Shown here: positions 36,233-45,598 of the stretch, piece after piece
How the letters are laid out: every line of letters starts with the position of its first letter
How positions within the stretch are numbered: position 1 is the stretch's first letter
IMG/VR virus record: IMGVR_UViG_3300027708_001637
Reading direction: 5' to 3' (one strand)
DNA from: a virus
Length of the DNA: 64,000 bases
Program-made: the position numbers and the translations under genes
Notes under the pieces: model-generated
Told to the model about the DNA's origin: nothing
The model's database searches: none
What the model saw: only the letters and a program-made list of their open reading frames with translations

Positions 36233-37438
36233 ATGACCAGGCTCAGTTTATACCGCCCCGAAAAAGGCAAAGATTTTAAATTCATCGATCGTGTAGTTAA
36301 CGAACGCTTTCAAGTGGGTGGCGTGGATGTATATATCCACAAATACCTAGGCCCAGTTGATCCTGCAACTGGCACTGCTACACCCACTACCCCCACAAAT
36401 GCCAATCCCATTAAAGAATTAGGCATTCAAGATGTATTGTTTATGGAAACTAGGGATCGCAATTATGATCCGGATGTATATGTACTCCGTGGCATTTATA
36501 CAATGCAAGATTTAGATTTTAATCTAAGTCAATTTGGCCTGTTCCTACAGAATGATACTATAATGATGCACTTTCATCTTAGTACCAGTGTTGATGCATT
36601 AAGTCGTAAAATTATGGCCGGTGACGTCATAGAATTGCCTCATTTAAAAGACGAATATGCAATGGATGACAACTATGTAGCGTTGAAACGTTTTTACGTT
36701 GTCCAAGATGTAAGTCGTCCTACAGCAGGTTTTAGTCAAACTTGGTATCCGCATTTATTAAAAGCCAAATGCGTACCATTAGTTGACAGTCAAGAATTTA
36801 AACAAATATTGGATCAAGACAGCGGTAATGGCGATGGCAGTAGCCTACGTGATTTGCTATCTACATACAATAAGAGTATTGAAATCAATGATCAGATTAT
36901 TGAACAGGCCATGGCAGATGCGCCTGTTAGCGGGTATAATACTAGAAGTTTTTATGTTATACCAACTCGTGATAATGGCTTGATCGACGTTGCTGATACT
37001 AGTGATATTTGGAGTGATGCCAGCATCGACCAGTCAATATTAGATGCCAGCGCAGTTTTACGTAGTCCCAAAGGAACGTTATATCTAGGATATAACACAG
37101 GTAATGGAATTCCACCAAACGGTGCACCATTTACACAAGGATTAGAATTTCCACACAGTCCTGCAAACGGGGCATTTTGTTTAAGAACTGATTATATTCC
37201 TAACAATTTATACAGATATAATGGCAAAGTTTGGTCCTTGTATTCTACCAAAGTTCAAATGACATTGAACGAGTTTGGCTATGAAGATGTTGCCAGCGGC
37301 GTGTTTGCTGGCCAAGATGTACGTTTGACCGAAAAGACTGGATTTATTAATAACAATAATACCACTACAGTACACGGAAGCATTGTACCAGAACGCCAAG
37401 CATTAAGCAAGGCATTAAAGCCAGTAGCAGATAATTAA
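36233..37438 (+). CDS. neck protein (gp14-like)
   Basis: LFMETRDRNYD, LSQFGLFL, GDVIELPHL; synteny with gp13/gp15. Confidence 0.75.
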   Translation: MTRLSLYRPEKGKDFKFIDRVVNERFQVGGVDVYIHKYLGPVDPATGTATPTTPTNANPIKELGIQDVLFMETRDRNYDPDVYVLRGIYTMQDLDFNLSQFGLFLQNDTIMMHFHLSTSVDALSRKIMAGDVIELPHLKDEYAMDDNYVALKRFYVVQDVSRPTAGFSQTWYPHLLKAKCVPLVDSQEFKQILDQDSGNGDGSSLRDLLSTYNKSIEINDQIIEQAMADAPVSGYNTRSFYVIPTRDNGLIDVADTSDIWSDASIDQSILDASAVLRSPKGTLYLGYNTGNGIPPNGAPFTQGLEFPHSPANGAFCLRTDYIPNNLYRYNGKVWSLYSTKVQMTLNEFGYEDVASGVFAGQDVRLTEKTGFINNNNTTTVHGSIVPERQALSKALKPVADN

Positions 37439-37449
37439 AGGGGCATATC

Positions 37450-38811
37450 ATCGATCATTTTTATGACGGTCAAGTACGCAGATATTTGACACAATTTATA
37501 AGAGTAATGAGCAACTTTGCTTATAAAGATGCTACGGGCAAACTTGTTCAGATCCCAGTTATGTATGGCGATCCTAGTCGCCAGTCTGCCAGTGTTTTGA
37601 AAAAGAATACAGAAAATACTATACCCAGTGCTCCATTTATTGCTTGCTATATAAAAGGGCTGGAGTATGATCAAACTAGATTACAAGATCCAACCTTTGT
37701 AAGTAAGGTGCAAGTTCGTGAACGTGCTATTGATGATACAACAGGCGAGTATATAACAACTCAAGGTCAAGGTTTTATGGTTGAGCGTATTATGCCAAGT
37801 CCGTACAAACTGACATTTGCTGCCGACATATGGACCACTAACACAGATCAAAAATTACAAATATTTGAACAAATTGCTTATTTGTTTAATCCTAGTTTGG
37901 AATTACAAACTAGCAATAATTATTTAGATTGGACCAGTTTGACTGTATTGCAACTAAAAAGTAATGTATGGACCAGTAGACAAATTCCGCAAGGCGTTGA
38001 ACAGAATATAGATATTTTGAATATGACGTTTGAAACTCCTATTTGGATTACTCCTCCTGCAAAAGTTAAACGATTAGGAATCATTACTAAAATTATTGCC
38101 AATGCATTCATTGATTCGCCAGGCACTATTAATTTAGACTACAACGATAACCTTGCCGTATATCCATCCTTAGGAGATCCCTTGTTTAAAACAGTAGTCA
38201 CTCCTGGTAATTTTGAATTGTTAGTATTAAACAATACCGCAGGCCTAATGGTAAATGATGCCAGTATTGCAGAAAATCTAACCGCAGTTAAGACTAATGG
38301 CATATCTTGGCATAAATTATTAGATTTATATCCAGGACAATTTAGAGCAAATCTAAGTCAATTAAGATTAACTACACCAACTGGTAATCAAATTGTGGCG
38401 TATATTAATTTAGATCCAGTTGATGATTCAAAGATGATACTGCATTTTGACGTGGATACTATACCGCACAGTACAATATCAATCAATGCCATTATCAATC
38501 CTGAAACATTTAAACCAGTTAATCCAGTTACAGGGGTAAAATATCTTATCTTAGAACCAATTAATTCAGTTACAAACGTTGGCCCTGCTGCTTGGTTTAA
38601 TAGCGATGCGTCTGGATTTAGTGCTAATGCTAACGATATTATTCAATGGACTGGTACAAATTGGGAAATTATATTCGATTCTACTGCACCACAAGATATA
38701 ACTTATATAACTAACTTATATACAGGTATACAATACAAGTGGCAAAACGGTGAGTGGAGTAAGAGTTTTGAAGGAATATACTCAAAAGAGTCCTGGTCGC
38801 TTGTGCTATAA
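37450..38811 (+). CDS. tail sheath stabilizer/terminator (gp15-like), probable ATC start
   Basis: FYDGQVRRY N-terminal motif, QIPVMYG, PSPYKLTF, QIFEQI..FNP. Confidence 0.8.
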   Translation: MDHFYDGQVRRYLTQFIRVMSNFAYKDATGKLVQIPVMYGDPSRQSASVLKKNTENTIPSAPFIACYIKGLEYDQTRLQDPTFVSKVQVRERAIDDTTGEYITTQGQGFMVERIMPSPYKLTFAADIWTTNTDQKLQIFEQIAYLFNPSLELQTSNNYLDWTSLTVLQLKSNVWTSRQIPQGVEQNIDILNMTFETPIWITPPAKVKRLGIITKIIANAFIDSPGTINLDYNDNLAVYPSLGDPLFKTVVTPGNFELLVLNNTAGLMVNDASIAENLTAVKTNGISWHKLLDLYPGQFRANLSQLRLTTPTGNQIVAYINLDPVDDSKMILHFDVDTIPHSTISINAIINPETFKPVNPVTGVKYLILEPINSVTNVGPAAWFNSDASGFSANANDIIQWTGTNWEIIFDSTAPQDITYITNLYTGIQYKWQNGEWSKSFEGIYSKESWSLVL

Positions 38812-38818
38812 TTAATTA

Positions 38819-39256
38819 ATGGACAATAAATTAAATCAAATTGTGTGCAGTGGTGGGATATTTTTAGCCCGAGATACTAAACGATTTTTATTCTTACTAC
38901 GCACCCAAGGCAAAACTGCCAACACCTGGGGTCTAGTTGGTGGTAAGAAAGAGCCTACAGACACTACTGCTTACGAAGCACTTGATAGAGAAATTTCTGA
39001 AGAAGTCGGGAAGACTCCACCTATCAAGAAAGTAATTCCTTTAGAATTGTTTACCAGCAATGATCAAAATTTCCAATACAACACCTATGTATTGATAGTA
39101 GATAAGGAATTTATTCCTACACTAAATGAAGAGCATAGCGGTTATGCTTGGTGTAGTTTTGATCTATGGCCTAAACCATTGCATCAAGGTGTTAAGAACA
39201 GCTTCAACAATAAGGCAGTTAGAGCTAAGTTGGAATTGTTGTTAGAATTAATCTAA
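38819..39256 (+). CDS. NUDIX hydrolase
   Basis: GGKKE-x7-ALDREISEEVG Nudix box. Confidence 0.85.
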   Translation: MDNKLNQIVCSGGIFLARDTKRFLFLLRTQGKTANTWGLVGGKKEPTDTTAYEALDREISEEVGKTPPIKKVIPLELFTSNDQNFQYNTYVLIVDKEFIPTLNEEHSGYAWCSFDLWPKPLHQGVKNSFNNKAVRAKLELLLELI

Positions 39257-39454
39257 TCTACCCCATTTAATTCTGTTCCATATTCTCTCGTGGAACCAAT
39301 ATAAAATACTATTAGCAAATAGCTGAGTTATTGCAATTCCAGAACTTAAGAATAATTGTCCGGTAGTTAAGTATACAATTAAAAAAGTTGAACCGCTACC
39401 GGTTATTCGCCAAGTAACGGTTTTAACTATACTTCGAATGTTTGTGTCACTCAA
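39248..39454 (-). CDS. DUF2061-like small membrane protein
   Basis: RSIVKTVTWRI...YWFHERIWNRIKWG. Confidence 0.75.
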   Translation of the reverse strand: MSDTNIRSIVKTVTWRITGSGSTFLIVYLTTGQLFLSSGIAITQLFANSILYWFHERIWNRIKWGRLD

Positions 39455-40304
39455 GACCTAAACTCTTTCTAATCTTAGTAGCAGAAATATCGGTAATGCT
39501 TTCATCAAATGTTTCTTCCCCGTGAGTATATCCTACACCACGACCCCAGCCAATGTGTACAATATTAGGTACAACTTGTATTTCGTATTGACCTTGAAAC
39601 AACGGATCTAAATCACGTTTAATAAAGCCCCTAACTTGATCAATGGCAAATGGATTAGAACCCTGCCATCCCTGTACATCGCGTACTTGAATGACAACTT
39701 GGCCAGTCTTTGCAATCAATCTTTCAAATAATGCACGATGTCCGGCGTGCCAAGGTTGCCAACGTCCCAGCATCTGTACAGTTTCTTTCTGCCAATCAAA
39801 TTTAGGGCGGTGGCGGTTTTCTAAAATATGTGAACCAATAAACTCGGCCCATTTTTCTGCATTTTGCTCAGTGACTCGGAAGTCGTAAATAGAGGGAGGG
39901 ATAAATGCTTTATTAGTATCATCAAACCGCCCAGACTCAATAGTGTCTACCCAAATAGTCCAGTCTGCTTTGAAGTTATTACGCATTTCTACCAAAGGTG
40001 CAACAAAATCACAAATGACATAATCACCTGATGAATTTAATGCAAAGTCTGCCATTCGTAAACTTTGACGAATTCGGCCTTCTTTACTAAAATCCCAATC
40101 ATTATAACGCTTTCTAATTTCATCAGCATTGAACCAATCTACTCGAACACGAAAATCTGAATTTGAGGGAATGCCCTCGTTATTCATTAATCTGCCTGGA
40201 TTGATCTTAAACAGATCACCGTGTGTTTCTAAGTATTTTTTTAATGCTGTTGCTAGATAAGTTTTACCCGAGCCAGGGAGGCCCATGATTAGAATTTTTT
40301 GCAT
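39447..40304 (-). CDS. cysC: adenylylsulfate kinase-like domain fused to HxGH nucleotidyltransferase domain
   Basis: GLPGSGKT, NADEIR, DFSKEGR; C-terminal GRWQPWHAGH. Confidence 0.75.
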   Translation of the reverse strand: MQKILIMGLPGSGKTYLATALKKYLETHGDLFKINPGRLMNNEGIPSNSDFRVRVDWFNADEIRKRYNDWDFSKEGRIRQSLRMADFALNSSGDYVICDFVAPLVEMRNNFKADWTIWVDTIESGRFDDTNKAFIPPSIYDFRVTEQNAEKWAEFIGSHILENRHRPKFDWQKETVQMLGRWQPWHAGHRALFERLIAKTGQVVIQVRDVQGWQGSNPFAIDQVRGFIKRDLDPLFQGQYEIQVVPNIVHIGWGRGVGYTHGEETFDESITDISATKIRKSLGLE

Positions 40305-40310
40305 CAGTTA

Positions 40311-40607
40311 TTACCCGCCTAAAATTTCAGTAAGTCTTGCCATTAGGTCTTCATTGCGCCAGGTGTCACGAACTGCATCGTAATCCGCGCCTTCCCATAC
40401 TGTTACCCCACGCCCGCCTGATCCACGAGTTTCTGTGCGGCCATCTGGAAAAGTTTCGGTAGTAAATGGACCGAGGTCAATTTCTACTTGCACGCGGCGT
40501 TGTTGAACGTTTTCTTGAATTTGGCGAATAACAAATTCATTTGTTACTTTTCGTTCTGCAAGAACAATTTCGTTGTCCAATGTTAATGTATCTACAATAG
40601 TTGTCAT
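40311..40607 (-). CDS. hypothetical protein
   Basis: 98 aa, AAGGAG SD, TATAAATA at 40639-40646. Confidence 0.7.
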   Translation of the reverse strand: MTTIVDTLTLDNEIVLAERKVTNEFVIRQIQENVQQRRVQVEIDLGPFTTETFPDGRTETRGSGGRGVTVWEGADYDAVRDTWRNEDLMARLTEILGG

Positions 40608-40641
40608 ATTATCTCCTTAAGAATGACGATTTCAGTAATAT

Positions 40642-41523
40642 TTATAGTTGTTTGCCTAGCGTAGGTAGTATCTTTTTAGCACCTGGCGCCGTTTGCATAC
40701 CTGTGATCCAATTTAAGTTTTTCTTTTGATCAAAGTTTTGTTTCCAAAAACTCTTGGGGCTGTATGTATCCCATAATTCGCCTGGCAAAATACTACGTCT
40801 TTCTTTATATTCTACTCGTCGACGCACAGTATGCAATCCTGTTATTTTAGCCTGAACGTCAAACTCGTCGTAACTATCTTCAACATTTTCAAAATCATGC
40901 TCATACCAAGATTCGCCTAAGAATTGATAAATTTGTTGAAGTACAGCTTTGGGATTTTTAACCAGTGTGTCATATTCTACATAACAAATTTGATTAATTT
41001 CGTTACAAAACATACTTTGCTGTACGTTGATTAACGGTCCGTGAACATAGCCACCAAAGTTTGGCACCTTTCCCATTAACATACTGCATCGATCGTGAAT
41101 ATTGCCCAACTCTTGATGATGATATAACGGTTTGATTGTATGGGGATTCTTTGCATTGAGTTGTTCAAAGCTATCCAAGATCCACGGAACATCTCTAAGA
41201 CAAACAATCATCTTAAAGTCGGGGAATAAATCTTTTAATAAAGCAGTGTCTGCACTCCAACCACGATTGGTATTAAAGCATACTTGGTTACCATATTTGT
41301 AAAAGCTATCAAATAGGTCACGCATTAGTTCACGTCGCCGTTCAAGCGGAACTGCGGCATCCATTCCTACGGCAGTATTAGTATCTTTAGTGATACTATG
41401 CATATAGCTAGCCAAAGGATCACTTATTCCTGCTGTAAATCTAGGATTCTGTTTTAAGATGGCACTTAATAAGGTTGATCCAGATCTAGGTAATCCAGAA
41501 ATAAAGTGGTAAGTTTTGCTCAT
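40642..41523 (-). CDS. sulfotransferase
   Basis: SGLPRSGSTLL 5'-PAPS loop, IVCLRD..WILDSF, YVEYDTLV. Confidence 0.85.
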   Translation of the reverse strand: MSKTYHFISGLPRSGSTLLSAILKQNPRFTAGISDPLASYMHSITKDTNTAVGMDAAVPLERRRELMRDLFDSFYKYGNQVCFNTNRGWSADTALLKDLFPDFKMIVCLRDVPWILDSFEQLNAKNPHTIKPLYHHQELGNIHDRCSMLMGKVPNFGGYVHGPLINVQQSMFCNEINQICYVEYDTLVKNPKAVLQQIYQFLGESWYEHDFENVEDSYDEFDVQAKITGLHTVRRRVEYKERRSILPGELWDTYSPKSFWKQNFDQKKNLNWITGMQTAPGAKKILPTLGKQL

Positions 41524-43217
41524 TTATTTTTCTTAACAAGTTTACCAACATCGGGCAAATACAAATATTCAATATCACTGTTAAACAAAGTAACTAATGC
41601 ATCAATAATTGTTTCAACTAGTGGCTGGCCAGCTAGATTAAAACTAGTATTGAACAACAAAGGCACCCCTGTGAGTTTTTGGAACTCACTAATCAGTTCA
41701 TAGTAATGAGGATTTTGATCTGGATTGACAGTTTGCACTCTGCAAGTATTATCTACGTGTGTTACTGCTGGAATTTGTTCAATTTTATCTTCACGAACAT
41801 CTACAGCATACATCATAAATGGACTAGATGTCATTCCTGCCATATCAAACCATTCATTAGCGTGTTCTTCTAAGACAGATCCAGCAAATGGGCGGAACCA
41901 TTCGCGACGTTTAACACGATTAACAAAGTCTTTGCCATCAGGTCTACGTGGATCAAACAATATACTACGATTGCCTAATGCACGTGGGCCTCCCTCTGCA
42001 CGACCTTGGAATAGTGCAACAATATTTCCTTGATCAATTAACTGTGCAATATCGCTAGCAGTCGCATCAACAACTTCAGCATTAAGTTTATTTTGTTCAA
42101 TTAAACTTAATTGACTATAATCAGGAGGAGCACTTAGATATACTGTAGATAATTCTTTTGGCGTAGTTTCTAAAGATTGAACAAACCAAGCATACCTTGC
42201 AAGACCAATAGCAGTGCCGCCATCGTGAGCAATGGGGTCAATATAGAACTTCAAATTAGGAAAACGTTTAACAAATTTATAATTTGCCACACAATTTAGA
42301 CCAAAACCTCCAGAAATAACCACGTTTGTTTCACCAGTAATATCAACAGCCTTTTGTATTAGATCATACATCTGTTCTTCAACAGCCTGTTGTACGTGAT
42401 ATGCAAGATTCTTATCCACATCACGAATAAGATTAAAATCGTTATGCCATTCTTTAGGTTCAGCAAAACGTTTCAAATAAGGATTACGGTTTTCGTCAAT
42501 ACGTGCGCCAGCAGGATATAATGGCATCAATAAATTCTTATTGCCCTTACCATTAATAAAAAATTCAGGAATATATTCATCGCGCTCGCCGTATGGCGCA
42601 AGCCCCATAGTCTTACCCGCTTCGATAAAGCCAAAACCTAGATAATCACTCACTGCTTCGTACGCTTTGGTAATAGTTACTGAGTTATCAAATTCTTGGA
42701 TACCGTTATCATAATATGCAGCATTGCCATCTGCATAACGTTTGTATACTGCATTAAATTCGTGAGGATAGGAACATTGATAAATTGTTTCAGTTTCAAA
42801 TCCCCCTACTACAAAGTTTTCATTTACTTGTTCTTGATGAAATGACCCAGCGCCGTCCACAATAATTGCTACCGCAGAGTCAAAACCTGACCCATAAAAT
42901 GTATTTGCTGCGTGTCCTAAATGATGTAAATGACCCATCTTTGTAATTTTAACATTAGGATTGAATTTACGGGCAAGTGCAGAATACGCATCTTCTCCAG
43001 TCCACGGTAATTGTGATAATTGATTAGTGGTCCCGCCAATAACGATTTCATCAACTACGTGATTGATTAAAACGTGTATCATTGCTCTAAATGGATTGCC
43101 GTCATATTTCATACGGCTTAATCTTTCTTCTTCTGAATAATAAACAACTTCGCCGTCGACTACTAGTGCAGCCGAACCGTTATGTCCAGGATTAATTGCT
43201 AAAATGCTGTATGTCAT
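41520..43217 (-). CDS. NodU/CmcH-family carbamoyltransferase
   Basis: EEERLSR.K, HHLGHA, GKTMGLAPYG, SGGFGLNCVAN, GPRALGNRSIL, KRREWFRPFA, NTSFN. Confidence 0.93.
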   Translation of the reverse strand: MTYSILAINPGHNGSAALVVDGEVVYYSEEERLSRMKYDGNPFRAMIHVLINHVVDEIVIGGTTNQLSQLPWTGEDAYSALARKFNPNVKITKMGHLHHLGHAANTFYGSGFDSAVAIIVDGAGSFHQEQVNENFVVGGFETETIYQCSYPHEFNAVYKRYADGNAAYYDNGIQEFDNSVTITKAYEAVSDYLGFGFIEAGKTMGLAPYGERDEYIPEFFINGKGNKNLLMPLYPAGARIDENRNPYLKRFAEPKEWHNDFNLIRDVDKNLAYHVQQAVEEQMYDLIQKAVDITGETNVVISGGFGLNCVANYKFVKRFPNLKFYIDPIAHDGGTAIGLARYAWFVQSLETTPKELSTVYLSAPPDYSQLSLIEQNKLNAEVVDATASDIAQLIDQGNIVALFQGRAEGGPRALGNRSILFDPRRPDGKDFVNRVKRREWFRPFAGSVLEEHANEWFDMAGMTSSPFMMYAVDVREDKIEQIPAVTHVDNTCRVQTVNPDQNPHYYELISEFQKLTGVPLLFNTSFNLAGQPLVETIIDALVTLFNSDIEYLYLPDVGKLVKKNK

Positions 43218-44146
43218 TATTTTGTCTTTCTATCAATGTCTGCTACAATACTACTGTAAATAGAATTCAATTCTATATCGCTAAAATTCATAGCGTTTTC
43301 ATTTAACCGATTGGATAGGGATACATCCAAACCTGCAATACGAATTGGGCTGTATTTTCTAATCTTACCCATATCGATACAATTGAAATAGTCGGGATAA
43401 CTTGTATTAATTGGGAATGTACTACCAAAGATAACTGATCCAGGTGTACCTACGGCTCGAGCCAAATGCTGGCCCACTGAATCACATCCAATAAAGTAAT
43501 CAGCTTCTGCAATCAATGCGCCCCACTGACGCAGATCGCACGTATATTTCTGTGCGTATGTATCTTGTTTTAATTGAAATTCTGGTTCGCCAAAGAAAAC
43601 CATATTATATTTTTGTGACAATTTACGAACTAAGAACAAATAATCTTTTTGTCCAAGGCTGCGACTTTCTTCGTCGATAACTTGCTCACGATCCATTTTG
43701 GCACCACGGCCAAATGGTTGGAAGATAACAGTCTTAGGACGTTTTTGCAAATTCTTTAAATCGTTGATTGTATTTTCTGCAACTAATTGTTCTTGACGAT
43801 TGAACACCAATGAAGGAACACCAAGATCGCTATGATCAGTAGTGTTGTTGATCTCACGGTCAAATGCTTGTACCAAACTAATTTCTTGACGGAAGTATGC
43901 AGGATTACGATATGGCTCGGGGGTAATAATTAAATCTGCATTTTTAACTACGTTATCGAACACACCTTTAGTGTCCAAATTATATGCACGATCTTGTAAT
44001 TCTGGAATACCCCAAAGCAAGAAGTCCCACGCCCCAATTAGTACTGCCCAATCTGTATTAGGATTTAATCTGTTGTATTTTAACAAAGCAGGAATTGCTG
44101 CTACCACACGGCCTGCACCGCCATCGATCCAAAATATCTTCTTCAT
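43217..44146 (-). CDS. GT9-like (heptosyltransferase-type) glycosyltransferase
   Basis: IDGGAGRVVAAIPAL and ALIAEADYFIGCDSVGQHLARAVGTPGSVIFGST. Confidence 0.75.
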   Translation of the reverse strand: MKKIFWIDGGAGRVVAAIPALLKYNRLNPNTDWAVLIGAWDFLLWGIPELQDRAYNLDTKGVFDNVVKNADLIITPEPYRNPAYFRQEISLVQAFDREINNTTDHSDLGVPSLVFNRQEQLVAENTINDLKNLQKRPKTVIFQPFGRGAKMDREQVIDEESRSLGQKDYLFLVRKLSQKYNMVFFGEPEFQLKQDTYAQKYTCDLRQWGALIAEADYFIGCDSVGQHLARAVGTPGSVIFGSTFPINTSYPDYFNCIDMGKIRKYSPIRIAGLDVSLSNRLNENAMNFSDIELNSIYSSIVADIDRKTK

Positions 44147-44203
44147 TATATGTTTCCTTGTCTATTATTTAATGCGCAGTTAATGCTGCTTAACAATTCT
44201 TGA

Positions 44204-45598
44204 TTAGCGGTACCAGAACCAAACATTCTTACTAGTATGTTGTATTTCTGTAGTAATGTCAAGCTCTTTTCTAAAATCATTTACTGCTCGATTTACTTCA
44301 GGCAAGTTCCAATCGTGTCCTGCAAATATCCCGCCAGGTTTTACTTTGGACCAATATGCTCTAAGATCTCGGCTCACTGCGGCATAGCTGTGGTCACCAT
44401 CAATAAAAATATAATCCAATTCATTATCTGCAATATGATCTGCCGCTGCAATAGAATCCATCTCTAACATTTCAATTTGATCTGCATAGGGGGCAAGCAA
44501 GCTAACAGCGTGATTACGCCACACATCAACCATATCCTGTGTCACAGGTCCCCACCAATCTTGATATGGCTGGTAAGCATCAATAGCATAAACTTTATTA
44601 ATTTCACTGGAGTGGTCTAAAAAGTACCTCAATGTCCAGGCCCAACATACTCCTAGTTCACAGCCAACTAAATTTGTGCCTAATTTTTTAATATAGGCCA
44701 ACAGGCCATCTGCACTTACCTTATCCATAGGAACTATACTATTACCCTGTTTAATCCATAACATCTGTTTAATCATACCAGTGAAATTATTATTTTGAAA
44801 ATAATTCCATAGTTGGTATTTGTCTGCTACACGTCTTGCATCGCCGCCAGTCAATAATAAATTTGTTAACTCACTACCCCAAAGTTCAACAAATCTTTGA
44901 TAATATTGAGTATCACGCTGTTTAGTTTCTTGTGCAGTTTCTACCCCACTCCAACTGCTTTTTCCTTGAAAGTGCAGCAGATAAGATTGACTAACGTACT
45001 TTACATCAAATCCTGCTTGAATAGCTCTGATTCTATAATCAACATCTTCCCCGCCGTGACCGTACAACTCATCAAAGCCGCCAATTTTCTTATAAATTTT
45101 AGAAGGAATTTTAACAGCGTAAAACGGTATGAGGTGGCGGTCAAATAGACCTGGTTTAACTGAGGATTTATGTTGACGTACTATATTGTTTAACTCATAC
45201 TCATTGTATTGATCAATATTCATCGCCGATTCTAATGTAAAATTATCACTAGAATATATATGAGTTTGATTGCAACTTGGCACAACAATACAGTTACTAT
45301 ATCCTTGAAGAGGCACAGCCCAATCAGGAGTAAATGCAATATCATTGTTTAAGATTACAACATCTTTACCATCAGCCAATGCAATAATTTTGTTAACATT
45401 TTTAGCAAAATTCTGCGGCACTTCATTTGCAATAATCGTAACTGCTTTATCACCGTGTGCACCAACTGCATCGTTATCAATTAGATAAAATTTATCATCA
45501 GGTCCAAGTTTTGTATATTTTAAAAATGTATCAATTGCAAGGCCTGTATAAAAATCAGATTTTGCAGTAGATATAATTGCGTAAACAGTACCTTTCAT
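44204..45598 (-). CDS. GT2 glycosyltransferase fused to SAM-dependent methyltransferase
   Basis: LNNDI, GFDELY..GEDVD; C-terminal ELGV, IFIDGDHSY, KPGGIFAGHDW. Confidence 0.85.
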   Translation of the reverse strand: MKGTVYAIISTAKSDFYTGLAIDTFLKYTKLGPDDKFYLIDNDAVGAHGDKAVTIIANEVPQNFAKNVNKIIALADGKDVVILNNDIAFTPDWAVPLQGYSNCIVVPSCNQTHIYSSDNFTLESAMNIDQYNEYELNNIVRQHKSSVKPGLFDRHLIPFYAVKIPSKIYKKIGGFDELYGHGGEDVDYRIRAIQAGFDVKYVSQSYLLHFQGKSSWSGVETAQETKQRDTQYYQRFVELWGSELTNLLLTGGDARRVADKYQLWNYFQNNNFTGMIKQMLWIKQGNSIVPMDKVSADGLLAYIKKLGTNLVGCELGVCWAWTLRYFLDHSSEINKVYAIDAYQPYQDWWGPVTQDMVDVWRNHAVSLLAPYADQIEMLEMDSIAAADHIADNELDYIFIDGDHSYAAVSRDLRAYWSKVKPGGIFAGHDWNLPEVNRAVNDFRKELDITTEIQHTSKNVWFWYR

